DNA of 62,873 bases, filler included, from Atractiella rhizophila (lineage: Eukaryota), in NCBI GenBank assembly GCA_021432655.1. It is 4 parts of 4 records of this genome, joined end to end, with 100 filler letters (N's around TTAATTAATTAA, not from the genome) between each part and the next. Parts side by side here need not be neighbours in the genome. Positions count along the whole stretch, not along the records: positions 25,430 to 50,732 come from MU271776.1; positions 50,833 to 59,866 come from MU271841.1; 2 more parts are not named here. One strand, given 5' to 3'. Shown one piece after another: positions 40,665 through 53,352 of this stretch; within the stretch, counting starts at the first letter, position 1, and every line of letters begins with the position of its first letter. Position numbers and translations under genes: made by a program. The notes beneath the pieces are model-generated. The model was given only the letters and a program-made list of their open reading frames with translations. It made no database searches and was not told the origin of the DNA.

Positions 40665-42060
40665 TTATACATCGCCTTCGATAATCTCCCATCCTCCACC
40701 ATCGATCTCCCAGAACCTCAACCAGGTTATTACCCCCGAATCGACGACAGCGAGCAGGACATTCCGCCTTCCCGTCTTCAACACTCGGATTACATTGTTC
40801 CACCTCGGTGGGAGGACGTAGCCTAATACAGAGTGTACAAACCATGTTAGCCATGGTCTTGCAAAAACGCCAAATATTGAAGGAGCGGGGGAGGAAGGGA
40901 CTTGAGAGAGAAGGAGAGCAAATTCGTCCGGCGTCGGGAGGCGGGTTCTTCGTGCCCTATATTCAACGAAAACATTGACCCTTTTTGAGAGATAAGAGTA
41001 AAGGGACGTACGAGAGGATGGCCAGGTGCCATTCCGGAGGAGGGGGTGATTTTCGGAGGTAGGTGGTGGATGGTCGGTATACATAGAAGAAGGTGGTTAG
41101 GGGGTGAGTGGCAGGAAGGAGTGGTGCCGACTGTATGGGTGTTGGCGGGGAAGTCAGGCGAAGGGAAGTGTATATGCTCCCTAATTGGTAAAACTGGTTT
41201 AGTATACATAAAGATGGAGAAAGCTGTAGAACTGTACCCCATGTCCGTCGTACAGAAGAGGATACCAGCGGTTCAAGTTGCTTTGGCGTTGGTGCAGAAA
41301 AAGGAAGCACAAGCGAGAAAAGCGCGAGAAATCGTTGCAGGATGGAAAGGTGCCGTGAAGGAGGAGACGGGATGGCAGATGCGTAGTCCTCAGCTAGGAT
41401 GGCGGCGTGCCAGCCTGGTCGAACAACTATATATCCTAAACGTTTCAGGTGTGCATAAACCTGACATTTCATGAACTCGAGCGTAGAAGGCAGAAAGTGG
41501 ACAGACATGGTACCTTTCCAAAGTCAGCCCTTCCACACCGATACACTCCACCAGCACTTGCTGGAAGCTCATCCTTGCTAGTCCTTCCTTCCCCTCCTTC
41601 CAAACCTCGACGCTTCCCAAATCCATCAACCAAATCACCTCTTCAGGTAAAAACTCTCTCCTCCTCCTCCCTCGTTCATATCTCCCCAAGTTTGGTAACC
41701 ATCCATCCTCTACCATACTCCCGCGTCCTGTCGATGCGTGCCAGGTTAGCCGCTTGATAGAACTCGCATTGTGTGAACGTATAGAGGCGACCGAGAGAGA
41801 TGTGAACAAGGCGTTTCTTGACATAGCCAATGCAGTAGATTGGGCTGAATCACCTTGAACTGGAGTGAAATCTTTGTCTCCTCGGATAGGAATGAATGGG
41901 GCAGATGGGAGGCTAAATGAGATGTCAGTTCAAGTTCTGCCAGCAGGCAGAAGACAAACGCAGATAGCTTTTGGAATTGGGTCCAGTCCGGCGCATTTTC
42001 ATCAACTTCCAGCTCCTCCTCCGAATCTGCGTCAAATTTCACGGCATCTTCAGCTGACAT
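40665..42060 (-). CDS. SEN54: tRNA-splicing endonuclease subunit Sen54
   Basis: [94 protein letters not shown]. Confidence 0.9.
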
Positions 42061-45000
42061 TACTTGGAAGGAAGCAGCGGTACAGCCGCAGTGTGTCAAG
42101 CGCTATCAAAGGCGTTATTTGCAGACTTTTGATAATCACGGCGATTTGGTGGATTCACGCGAAAGGCCTCCAATGAAGCTACTACTTTACCGTTTTGCAC
42201 ACTCAGGATGTCTTTAAGCAGCCTACTGGCGATCCCTTTTCTCGTAGCACTTGAAATAAAGAAGCAAGAAATATCGAAATTGAAGTTATCAAGGCACGTG
42301 CTGCAGGCGGACGGAGAAGCAAGCTGTTGATCCCAAACTACGACCACACGGGCACAACAGGTTACAAAACCCTTCTTCACCACAAAGCTGACAGCACTCC
42401 TTTCGTGCGAGGGTTGAATCAGGCACAATGAGGGAAAGGCGAGGATTGAGATAGAACGAGATGTGGGAGTAAGCCTTCGTGAGTGTTTAGCTTCCTCTCT
42501 TCACCAAAAGTGGTAAACAGCTGTACTTTCTGTCTAACTTGGCGCCCGTTCAATGTTTCCCCTCAGATGGTAGCAGACATGACGTCTACCTTTGAAGGAA
42601 TTGGAGGATTTTTTATGGTAGGAGAATTGGCTTTTCCCCCCTAAAAAGCAGTATTGGGTACCCTCCCGGCCATAGCAAGCATCACAGCACAGATGCGAGT
42701 AATCCATGGTTAGTTATTGGTTATCCAATGGCGAAAACCACCAATAAAGAGAACTAGGCTAAGCTTGTCCTGAGCGATTCTCGCAGCATACCAATCATCT
42801 GGATGACAGATGTTTGAGTCTGGAAGGCTTGACTAGTATTCAGTGCGATTCCTACGATTAAACGCGCTGAGAGGCAATATGTTAATCGATGCGAGATTCA
42901 GGAAATTTGCACCTGCTCCTCCCTATCTTAGCCGACATGATGATAGTTACTCAGCGAGGGTCATAAACCTGGGCGTACGATACCAGTAGAACTAAGTTAA
43001 CTTACTTCTTTTTGAAGCATGTTCGTTCCTCACACCGTTCATGGTAGCGGCCGCACATTGAAACGCTGTTTCGCTGCCGCCTTCGACGTGGATGGATTTA
43101 AATACCTTATTTTCGCCTAACGTTCGTTTAACGAGGTAGTATGCATACCAATGAGTTCAGATGATAGATTACAAAAGGATAGTTTCCAATGATGGTACGT
43201 TTATCCGAAATACAGAGCAGTTTCCATTCCGTCCAAATGTCCTTTACTCAAGTCCCCTGTACATTCCAACCTGGGCAGCCATCCTCGTGGCCTGTCCCTC
43301 AGTGAATTCAGTCATGCAAGAATCGTCGGAGTAGTCCATATCTAGTAGGGAGTCATGAGCTTGTATATTATGGATGGGGGAATGGTTGCGCACAGTTGTG
43401 GATAGAGTCGACTCCGCCACCAGAGCATGAGTCCTTTCCGGTTGGGCATCCCGAAGTGGCCGTCTTCTGAGGAGGGGTGTCGCTGACTTGGTCGTAGTCG
43501 TCGCAAGACGATCCATAGTCGTCGAAGACGTGGTACAATCCAAACCAGTGACCAGCTGAATTTTCTTGTTAGTATGTTGACGCCAGACGGAGACTACGAA
43601 CCTTCGTGGGTCAAGGTTTGTCCTTCATCAAAAGGAGTAGCGCTTCCTCCGGGAAGAACCTCTTCAGGTAAAAACTCTCTCCTCCTCCTCTCTCGTTCAT
43701 ATCTCCCCAAGTTTGGTAACCATCCATCCTCTACCATACTCCCGCGTCCTGTTGATGCGTGCCAGGTTAGCCGCTTGATAGAACTCGCATTGTGTGAACG
43801 TATAGAGGCGACCGAGAGAGATGTGAACAAGGCGTTTCTTGACATAGCCAATGCAGTAGATTGGGCTGAATCACCTTGAACTGGAGTGAAATCTTTGTCT
43901 CCTCGGATAGGAATGAATGGGGCAGATGGGAGGCTAAATGAGATGTCAGTTCAAGTTCTGCCAGCAGGGAGAGGACAAACGCAGATAGCTTTTGGAATTG
44001 GGTCCAGTCCGGCGCATTTTCATCAACTTCCAGCTCCTCCTCCGAATCTGCGTCAAATTTCACGGCATCTTCAGCTGACATTACTTGGAAGGAAGCAGCG
44101 GTACAGCCGCAGTGTGTCAAGCGCTATCAAAGGCGTTATTTGCAGACTTTTGATAATCACGGCGATTTGGTGGATTCACGCGAAAGGCCTCCAATGAAGC
44201 TACTACTTTACCGTTTTGCACACTCAGGATGTCTTTAAGCAGCCTACTGGCGATCCCTTTTCTCGTAGCACTTGAAATAAAGAAGCAAGAAATATCGAAA
44301 TTGAAGTTATCAAGGCACGTGCTGCAGGCGGACGGAGAAGCAAGCTGTTGATCCCAAACTACGACCACACGGGCACAACAGGTTACAAAACCCTTCTTCA
44401 CCACAAAGCTGACAGCACTCCTTTCGTGCGAGGGTTGAATCAGGCACAATGAGGGAAAGGCGAGGATTGAGATAGAACGAGATGTGGGAGTAAGCCTTCG
44501 TGAGTGTTTAGCTTCCTCTCTTCACCAAAAGTGGTAAACAGCTGTACTTTCTGTCTAACTTGGCGCCCGTTCAATGTTTCCCCTCAGATGGTAGCAGACA
44601 TGACGTCTACCTTTGAAGGAATTGGAGGATTTTTTATGGTAGGAGAATTGGCTTTTCCCCCCTAAAAAGCAGTATTGGGTACCCTCCCGGCCATGGCCAA
44701 GCATCACAGTGCAGCTGCGAGTGGTCCATGGTTGGTTATTGGTTATCCAATAATAATGAGAACTAGGCTAAGCCTGTCCTGAGTGATTCTCGCAGCTTAC
44801 CAATCAACTGGATGACAGATGTTTGAGTCTGGAAGGCTTGACTAGTATTCAGTAGCCAGTGTTGTAATTCCTGAGTTTAAACTTGCTGAGAGGCAATATG
44901 TTAATCGATGCGAGATTCAGGAAATTTGCACCTGCTCCTCCCTATCTTAGCCGACATGATGATAGTTACTCAGCGAGGGTCATAAACCTGGGCGTACGAT

Positions 45001-45676
45001 ACCAGTAGAACTAAGTTAACTTACTTCTTTTTGAAGCATGTTCGTTCCTCACACCGTTCATGGTAGCGGCCGCACATTGAAACGCTGTTTCGCTGCCGCC
45101 TTCGACGTGGATGGATTTAAATACCTTATTTTCGCCTAACGTTCGTTTAACGAGGTAGTATGCATGCCAATGAGTTCAGATGATAGATTACAAAAGGATA
45201 GTTTCCAATGATGGTACGTTTATCCGAAATACAGAGCAGTTTCCATTCCGTCCAAATGTCCTTTACTCAAGTCCCCTGTACATTCCAACCTGGGCAGCCA
45301 TCCTCGTGGCCTGTCCCTCAGTGAATTCAGTCATGCAAGAATCGTCGGAGTAGTCCATATCTAGTAGGGAGTCATGAGCTTGTATATTATGGATGAGGGA
45401 ATGGTTGCGCACAGTTGTGGATAGAGTCGACTCCGCCACCAGAGCATGAGTCCTTTCCGGTTGGGCATCCCGAAGTGGCCGTCTTCTGAGGAGGGGTGTC
45501 GCTGACTTGGTCGTAGTCGTCGCAAGACGATCCATAGTCGTCGAAGACGTGGTACAATCCAAACCAGTGACCAGCTGAATTTTCTTGTTAGTATGTTGAC
45601 GCCAGACGGAGACTACGAACCTTCGTGGGTCAAGGTTTGTCCTTCATCAAAAGGAGTAGCGCTTCCTCCGGGAAGA
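41637..45676. repeat. Head-to-tail tandem duplication, unit ~2.02 kb (41637-43657 and 43658-45676)
   Basis: Direct sequence match, with duplicated ORFs offset by 2021 (42096/44117) and 2019 (43244/45263). The unit comprises the SEN54 5' part, the intergenic region and the M43 protease 3' part. Confidence 0.97.
43244..44081 (-). CDS. Chimeric Sen54(N-term)-M43 metalloprotease(C-term) ORF created by the duplication junction
   Basis: ATG at 44081; introns 43934-43980, 43556-43601 and 43342-43393; junction in frame (...[35 protein letters not shown]...HN|YMDYS...GLE*); about 230 aa with no internal stop. Confidence 0.6.
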
Positions 45677-46468
45677 GAGGAGTACAAAATGACACATCCG
45701 TCGTTGTCGGGGTCAGAGCTGTAGTCCGAAGGGAAAGTGGAGTATCCCAAAAGACCAGATCCGTCTTTGAATCCGACCTATGTCCAGCCCTTAGATCTGT
45801 GTAGGATAGGCATAAATTGAAGCTGCTTACAGTGTAGACGTTTAAGTCAGCAGCTCCACCCTTACGTAGCTGAGTCTTCATTTGAGTTTGAGCGCTTGTG
45901 CCATCAGTGGCAGTGTTGAACCTGCAATTTTTATCAGGTACAGATTTTAGCGAGAATATGACGAGACATACCAAGTGGCTTGCTTGGTTCGGTCAGTTCC
46001 AGCCAGCTTGAAGGAGATGCCAGAGTCAGCGTAAGCCGCATTCATGACATCACTTTATCCAAATATCCCAACTCATCAGCACCGAGTCAAAAGGCATGAA
46101 GAGCCGTACATTTGATCAGAGATTTGAGAGTCAGGGATGTACCCATCGTCAATGCTCTCAGAAGCATAGATGACATGGAAGTAGACGCTGACAGTTTGGG
46201 AGATGCGTGCTCCAGCTGCCGTCCTGGACGTGCGAGAGTAGTCGGCCAGAGATTTGCCCTTCGCGGCAAGGAGAGTCTCGAACTCCTTGTTGTGGGTCGC
46301 AACCTGCTCAGGCGTGACGGTAGTACCACAGGTTCTACATTGCCTCGTTAGCCCAGAAGGCAGTGAGAGAGGGAGAATAGCGTACCTCACGCGTGCAGAT
46401 TGGTTGAGAGTCGGGGCGGCAAACGCCGTAGCAGAGAAAGCAAGAACGGTAGCGATTTTGGAGAGCAT
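45263..46468 (-). CDS. Secreted M43 (ulilysin/pappalysin-like) zinc metalloprotease
   Basis: Signal peptide [17 protein letters not shown]; pro-region [61 protein letters not shown]; Met-turn NYMDYS. Confidence 0.93.
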
Positions 46469-47306
46469 CTTTTCTGGACCTTTCAAAAATTGACTGGGAG
46501 GAGACTGAGATGACAGAGGATGAAACGGAAAGCTGATGGCAATTCACTTCCAACGCACCCTCTTTTATATCTTTGCCATCATCTCTTCATACACGCCAGC
46601 TTTGTTGCAACACATGCTGATGGAATTACATCCAGTGCATACTAACGGGCTTCAAACAATCTAAACAGGAGTCGCAACTGCTCTCTTCATCTAGGAAGCT
46701 GATCATAGCACCGGCTATCTTATCGTCTCCATGCTCGGGTCAATCTGCGGATGACGCGGGGGGATCTGATGCCGATCTTTGTATGGAGACTGGATTCTTG
46801 AACTCAACTACATGCAACTGGTTCATTCTCCAGGTATCGCAACCGTTCGGTGTATGAGGGGCTGAACCCTGGATGCTTTCATGTAGTCTCCTGTTGGTTA
46901 CTCTTGTTTCCATGGACCAGCAGGTCCTTGAGTCCTTTATCACGGTGTAGGAAGCCGTGCTAGCCGCATTCATCTGTCGAATATTCGGTGCAGACCCAGT
47001 CCCTGACGTTGGCTGTACTACGGGCATATATATTCGAGAGTTGTACGAGGACTGGAAACTCGGATAGCCACTGATGAATGTTAGATTCGCTGGGTTCATG
47101 CAATATGGGATGACAAGTCCTAACAGATTCAGTGAGTTGAGCCATCATGTAGTGCACTTCATAACCGATGTTAGGTAGAATCTAGCAGTAACGACCAAAT
47201 CCTGCAGAATATACCTGATCTTTCCTTTATTGTTACCCCATAATGTAATGGCTACAGACAAGAGTCCATTCAAAATTCCTTTCCAATTTCGCTGAACGTG
47301 CTTAAG

Positions 47307-48671
47307 TTACCAGCTGTCATCACTCCTCCTATCATCCTCATCGTCACTATCGCCAAGCTTTCCCTTCCTCTTATTCAACGCAGCCGCAAGAGCATTAGCC
47401 AGATCTCCATTCCCTCCTCCGTTGTCGTCTGCCACAGGGACAGCACTCCTAGGTGCAGAGGAAGAAGAGCTGGTCGCGTTCGTATCGACCTTCTTGAGCG
47501 CACCCACGCCCCCACTCCCACGGATAGATGCGAGGAGATCGTTCCTTCCGCCTTGTGGAGCCGGAAGGGGTGCGGACGCAGGAGGAGGAGGCGGCGGCGG
47601 TGGCGCTCCGCCAGATGATGGAGGAGGAGGAGGTGGTGGTGGTGGCACTCCTCCACGTCCTGACGGCGGTGGAGGAGGTGGAGGTGGAGGAGGAACCGCA
47701 CCACCACCGCCGCGAATTGCCGGTGGGGAGGGGGTGGTGGTGGTGGTGCGCCGCCACCCATTGGCGGAGGCGGAGGTGGAGGAGGAGGAGGAGGGGCTGC
47801 ATCGTAAGAAGCTGGAGCAGGAGGAGGCGCAGGCCTACTTGCCCTTGAAGCAGGCGCGGGAGGCGGCGCTCCTCTTCTCGTTGGTGCAGGTGGTGGAGCA
47901 CCTCTTTTGGGTGCTGGAGGAGCAGCTGGCTTCTTTGCGAGTCCACCGGATTGGGCGACGAACTCCTTGATGAAACTTTGGTTAGCTGCGATGTCCGACT
48001 TGCTGATTCCCATCCCTGAAAGCTGCTCGAGGAACTTCTCCCATGTCGGATCGATGTTTTCAGTCGTGAAACCCTTTGTGGAATCGAAGCCCATGTGCGA
48101 AACATGCTTGAATGTAGAAGTGTCGGGACCACTGATCATGTCTTTGGAGATACCGCCTTTCTTCTTCTTCTTTGATGACTCCTTGGATGAGGATTCCGAT
48201 TTCGCTTTCTTCACTGTTTGTGCGTTCAACACGGGCGCCAGGAAGGCATAAACTAAAGAGAGACGCACTGTGCTTAGCTCTGGTGTTGACTTTCTTGAAA
48301 AATTCCACTGCCTCTCCATCCTCTGAGAACAGAAAGCCGACGATACCATCATCAGCCTCCCACTCGTGCAATCCCTCCCCTCGATCCCTATACTCCAGTC
48401 CTCTATAGAGTTCATGCTCCCAAATCACACCTCCCTTCTTCCCACTGAAATCAATGAGCCTGAACCAGAACCTTGTCTCTCCATCATCTGTCTCTCCCTT
48501 CCCAAAAACTATTGCACCTTCAAGTCCGGTGTAGGACCACGAGGATTCCCCACGTGCACAATAGTAGATACGTGCGATCCCAGCTGTGAGGACTTTGTCT
48601 CCTCTCGCTGTTGGAGCTTGTTTCTTGATGAGAGACTTCTCGGCGGAGGAGAAGGAGGAGGTCGAAGGCAT
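47307..48671 (-). CDS. LAS17: WASP/Las17 homolog (WH1, CRIB, poly-Pro, WH2, acidic); apparent 1-nt frameshift at about 47725-47734
   Basis: WH1 (IARIY...WSYTGLEGA...VIWEHELY), CRIB (ISKDMISGPDTSTFKHVSHMGFD), polyproline, WH2 (GRNDLLASIR...LKKV) and acidic tail ending in W. Confidence 0.92.
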
Positions 48672-48938
48672 GACGAATGATCTTGACGAATCAAGTCGAT
48701 CAGTCACTATGGCTGCAGGTGCGAGAGAAATGCTACACACTTCGATCCTACACCTGATATACTTTGGCCTGAATCTTCAAATCTCTCGTTTCGTCGTTTC
48801 GTGGACTGACTCTACTTCATAAGCCCCTTATCACTGGAATTTGACCCCGCAGGTGCACACGATTAGATCAAGAAACGAAAGAGAAGGCAGACTTGTAGGC
48901 GAGAGTGTCATCTTGGAGAAACAAACTAGGCTTTAAGG

Positions 48939-49915
<977 letters not shown>

Positions 49916-50082
49916 TTGGCAACAATCAATTGTGGTGTGGCATTGTTACCATGAGGGAGCCAGGATTCTTGTATGACTGATGAACAGCCTTCCAAAGAAT
50001 ATTAGTAACGTTGTATCAAGCTTGTGCGGCTCCACAGAGATGCATAACTCAAGAAAGTCGAAAATTGGATACAGACAAGTGG

Positions 50083-50732
50083 TCAAGCATATAAATCCTC
50101 CTCTTCATCCACATCCATCTCCACCACCCGCTTCTCCTTCTCTCCACCACCAACAGTATTTTTCTGTGCCTTTCTCTCTTCCATTTCCTCCATTTCCCTC
50201 AAGATCTCATCGTCATCATCCTCAAACTCGAGCTCCACATCACTTGTAGCTCTCGTCTCCTTCCCCTCCTTCCCTCTAATTCCTACCATCTCCTTCTCTT
50301 TCCCCTCCTCTTCTTCCTCTTCCCCTCCCGCCTCGTCCTCAGAATCAACGACCGCCTTGAACTTTACAGGACTCCTCAGACGCACAGGGGTTTGCATAGG
50401 CCTGCCAGCTTCAAGTTCCGGCGTCTCGTTCCTAAAGAGATTTGTTGGCGCATTTTGGGCTGTTCGAGAAGAAGACGCCTCCATCTCTTCCATCGCCATG
50501 ACCGCATCCATATCCTCGTCCTCTTCCACCTGTCTATCCCTCCTCTGCTTTTGTTTCCCCTTCTCCTTCCCGGAAAGTCCGCTCTGTCGGTTGGTGCTGG
50601 TTTTTCGAATGTCAGATCTGCCTCCTCCTTCTTCTTCTTCCATCGCGAGCAACATCTCGAGCTCGTCTTCATCAGGTTCCATATCCTCATTCATCTTCTC
50701 TTTTCCTTTTCCTTTTGACTTTGACTGAGACT
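50083..50732 (-). CDS. 3' fragment of an acidic low-complexity protein, 5' part lost at contig end
   Basis: Open frame from the spacer to the stop; E/D/M-rich (DEDELEMLLAMEEEE...DVDEEEDLYA*). Confidence 0.6.
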
Positions 50733-50832
50733 NNNNNNNNNNNNNNNNNNNNNNNNNNNNNNNNNNNNNNNNNNNNTTAATTAATTAANNNNNNNNNNNN
50801 NNNNNNNNNNNNNNNNNNNNNNNNNNNNNNNN
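50733..50832. other. Artificial contig-joining spacer
   Basis: 44N-TTAATTAATTAA-44N. Confidence 0.95.
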
Positions 50833-51227
50833 TGGGAGAGGAGAACCTTTCCTTGATGGTGTGTCGATATTCCACCTCCAATGCCATTCGCATGGGCACC
50901 GTTTAAGGAGTTCACTCCAGAGTTCGTGATGCCAATTCCATTAAGCTGGGGACCTGCAAGTTGTGGGGGGTTCGTGGCAGGCGGCTGCCATGCTGACTCG
51001 TGGGAACCTAGGCCTGTCCCAATTTCACTCGTTCAGCATATACACGCTGCGCCAGGAGGATAAAACGGACCTTGATGATACTGGTGCGTATGCTGCTGCT
51101 GGAGTATTGGAGAGGGAGATCTCGCTGAGTGGAAGGCGTTGAGCACTCTGTTTGACTGGAGATTTGACTGGAGATTCTGGTTGCCCTGGCCGTTGAAGTA
51201 TTGAGACTGGGTGGGGTGGACAAGCAT
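50833..51227 (-). CDS. Possible 5' fragment of a Q/N/H-rich hypothetical protein, cut by contig end
   Basis: MLVHPTQSQYFNGQGNQNLQSNLQSN... followed by an open frame running into the spacer; divergent from PRP4; no family motif. Confidence 0.3.
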
Positions 51228-51392
51228 CCTTCACAGGCACTCATAGGATGGAGCTGCTCAGGCGAGATCGTCGTTTTTTTGGGACGGGGTCCGCCACTTT
51301 GCCGCTTGAGTCACTTGAAGGAAACGACGAATGGGAACGTTGACGAGTGGCTAAAAGCATCAAGGTGATATCTTGTGAGAGCATAAGAAACA

Positions 51393-53352
51393 ATGGAAGT
51401 AAGTGTTTTGAGCTTTTTCTGAGTGTTAGGCGTTGAACATGAACAGGAGGACGATTATAACGACGGAGTCGACGTTGACGACCTCCTCCAACAACCTACG
51501 ACTTCTTACGCCCTACCGTCACATAAAGACCCTAACAATGTTCTTGTAAATGAACTCGAACGAAGGAAGCGCGCAAGGAAAATCGCTGTACCAACGAACG
51601 ATCAAGATGTGCGAAACAAGCTCAGGGAGATTCAAGAGCCCATGACGCTCTTTGGCGAAGGGCCAGCAGAAAGGAGGGAGAGGTTAAGATACCTACTTAG
51701 CAAGCTGGAGAAAACGTTAGCAGAGGAGATAGAAAGTGAAAGTGAATCCGAAGAGGATGAAGATGTGCGTTTTCCTTCCGATTAGCGTGGTCTCGAGTTG
51801 AAGGATACACAGAATCAAGAGTTCTTTATTCCTGGCTCAGATGAACTTCTCGAAGCGCGAAGATGGATAGCTCAATATTCTCTTCACAGGCACGTCTTCC
51901 GTCTTGGCTTCTTCTCCCCTTACTTTTGATGTTACAGAGCAAAAGAACGCGTGGAACGGCAACGCTCAGAAGCTGCTCTCCCCCTTGCCAAGCTCTTCGA
52001 CGTCCGAAGAGCCATCTACAGCGAGCTCAAAGTGGGTATTTCGCTTATGGCTTTCGAAAGGTCACTAAGCTCTTACGCTCAGAAATACACCAATCTTGGT
52101 TCTCAAATCGGTTCTTCGCGTCCAATCTCCATCGTTCGCTTCTCCCCCTCCTCTGACCTCCTCCTCACCGGTTCGTGGTCTGGACACGCAAAAGTATGGG
52201 AAGTGCCTTCATGTAATCTACGAGGTGGTATGCAGAACGGAATCGTCTACAAAGGTCCGCTTCTGTAAGTCTCGTCAGCAAAGGACAAGAATAAACTCAT
52301 GCATCTTTCCTCTAGGACACGACGGTAGCGAACGAATAGGCGGGGCGGCTTGGCATCCCCAAGCGACCGTTTCTCAATCTCCCACGACTGTCAATTTCGT
52401 GACCGGCGCCGCAGACGGGCTCGCTTGTTTGTGGTCGCTCGACAATCCCAAACCTCTGTCCATTCTCTCTGGACACGCTGCTCGCATCGCAAGGGTCGCA
52501 TTCCATCCGAGCGGTCGTTATGTTGGAACTGCAAGCTACGATCAAACTTGGAGGCTCTGGGACGTCGAGACCTCCCAAGAGATCCTTTTGCAGGAGGGTC
52601 ATTCGAAGGAGGTTTATGCGATCGAATTCCAAGCTGATGGAAGTTTGGTTTGTAGTGGAGGATTAGATGCTATTGGAAGGGTATGGGATTTGAGGAGCGG
52701 AAAGACCATCATGACGCTCGAAAACCACGTCAAGGATGTCCTGGCGGTTGATTTCTCACCTAATGGGTGCGCTTCCTTTCCCTGTTGTGCTCTGCTCCCG
52801 TGTTTCTCAAGACTGAAACAGGTATCAAATTGCAACGGGCTCGAACGACGACACGATTAGGATCTGGGACATGCGCCAGCTGAAGCCGATATACACCATT
52901 GCTGCCCATCGATCCAGCGTTTCAGATGTACGATTCTTCAAATATGACCGATCGCGTACGCGCTTCCCATCTGCATTCGCGTCGCTCCCTGTTCTGTCCA
53001 GTAACAAATCGTCGGCCAATGGAGGAGAAGAAGAGATGGACGTTCGCGCGGACGGAGACATGAACGGTGCAGTGGATGCCGAGGTTGACGTACCGCTCGA
53101 TGGACTTTACCTCGCCAGCAGCGGATATGATGGCATGTTGAAGATTTGGAGTGCTGACGATTGGCAACTTGTGAAAGCACTGAGCTCTGAGGCAGGAGGA
53201 AAAGTCATGAGCGTGGATATGAGTTCAGGTCCGTCGTTTACGTGCTATGCATGAGAGTAGGGGCTGATGCTTAGGGGACAGATGGGAAGTTTATGGCAAC
53301 CGGAGAATGGGGGAGGACATTTAAGCTTTGGTCAGCAGAAGACAGCATTTAG
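51393..53352 (+). CDS. PRP4: U4/U6 snRNP WD40 protein Prp4 (PRPF4)
   Basis: [36 protein letters not shown] (splicing-factor motif), [49 protein letters not shown]. Includes a GC-AG intron at 51890-51937. Confidence 0.95.

Noticed and set aside
42096..42428. 110-aa ORF duplicated at 44117-44449
   Set aside because: Non-ATG start, no motif, lies in the SEN54 upstream region; identity is explained by the duplication alone.
46740..47157. 119-aa and 65-aa minus-strand ORFs between the M43 protease and WASP
   Set aside because: No recognisable family or convincing splice model; may be intergenic.
47422..47970. Gly-rich + strand ORF and GGA/GGT triplet repeats
   Set aside because: Antisense of the WASP polyproline codons.
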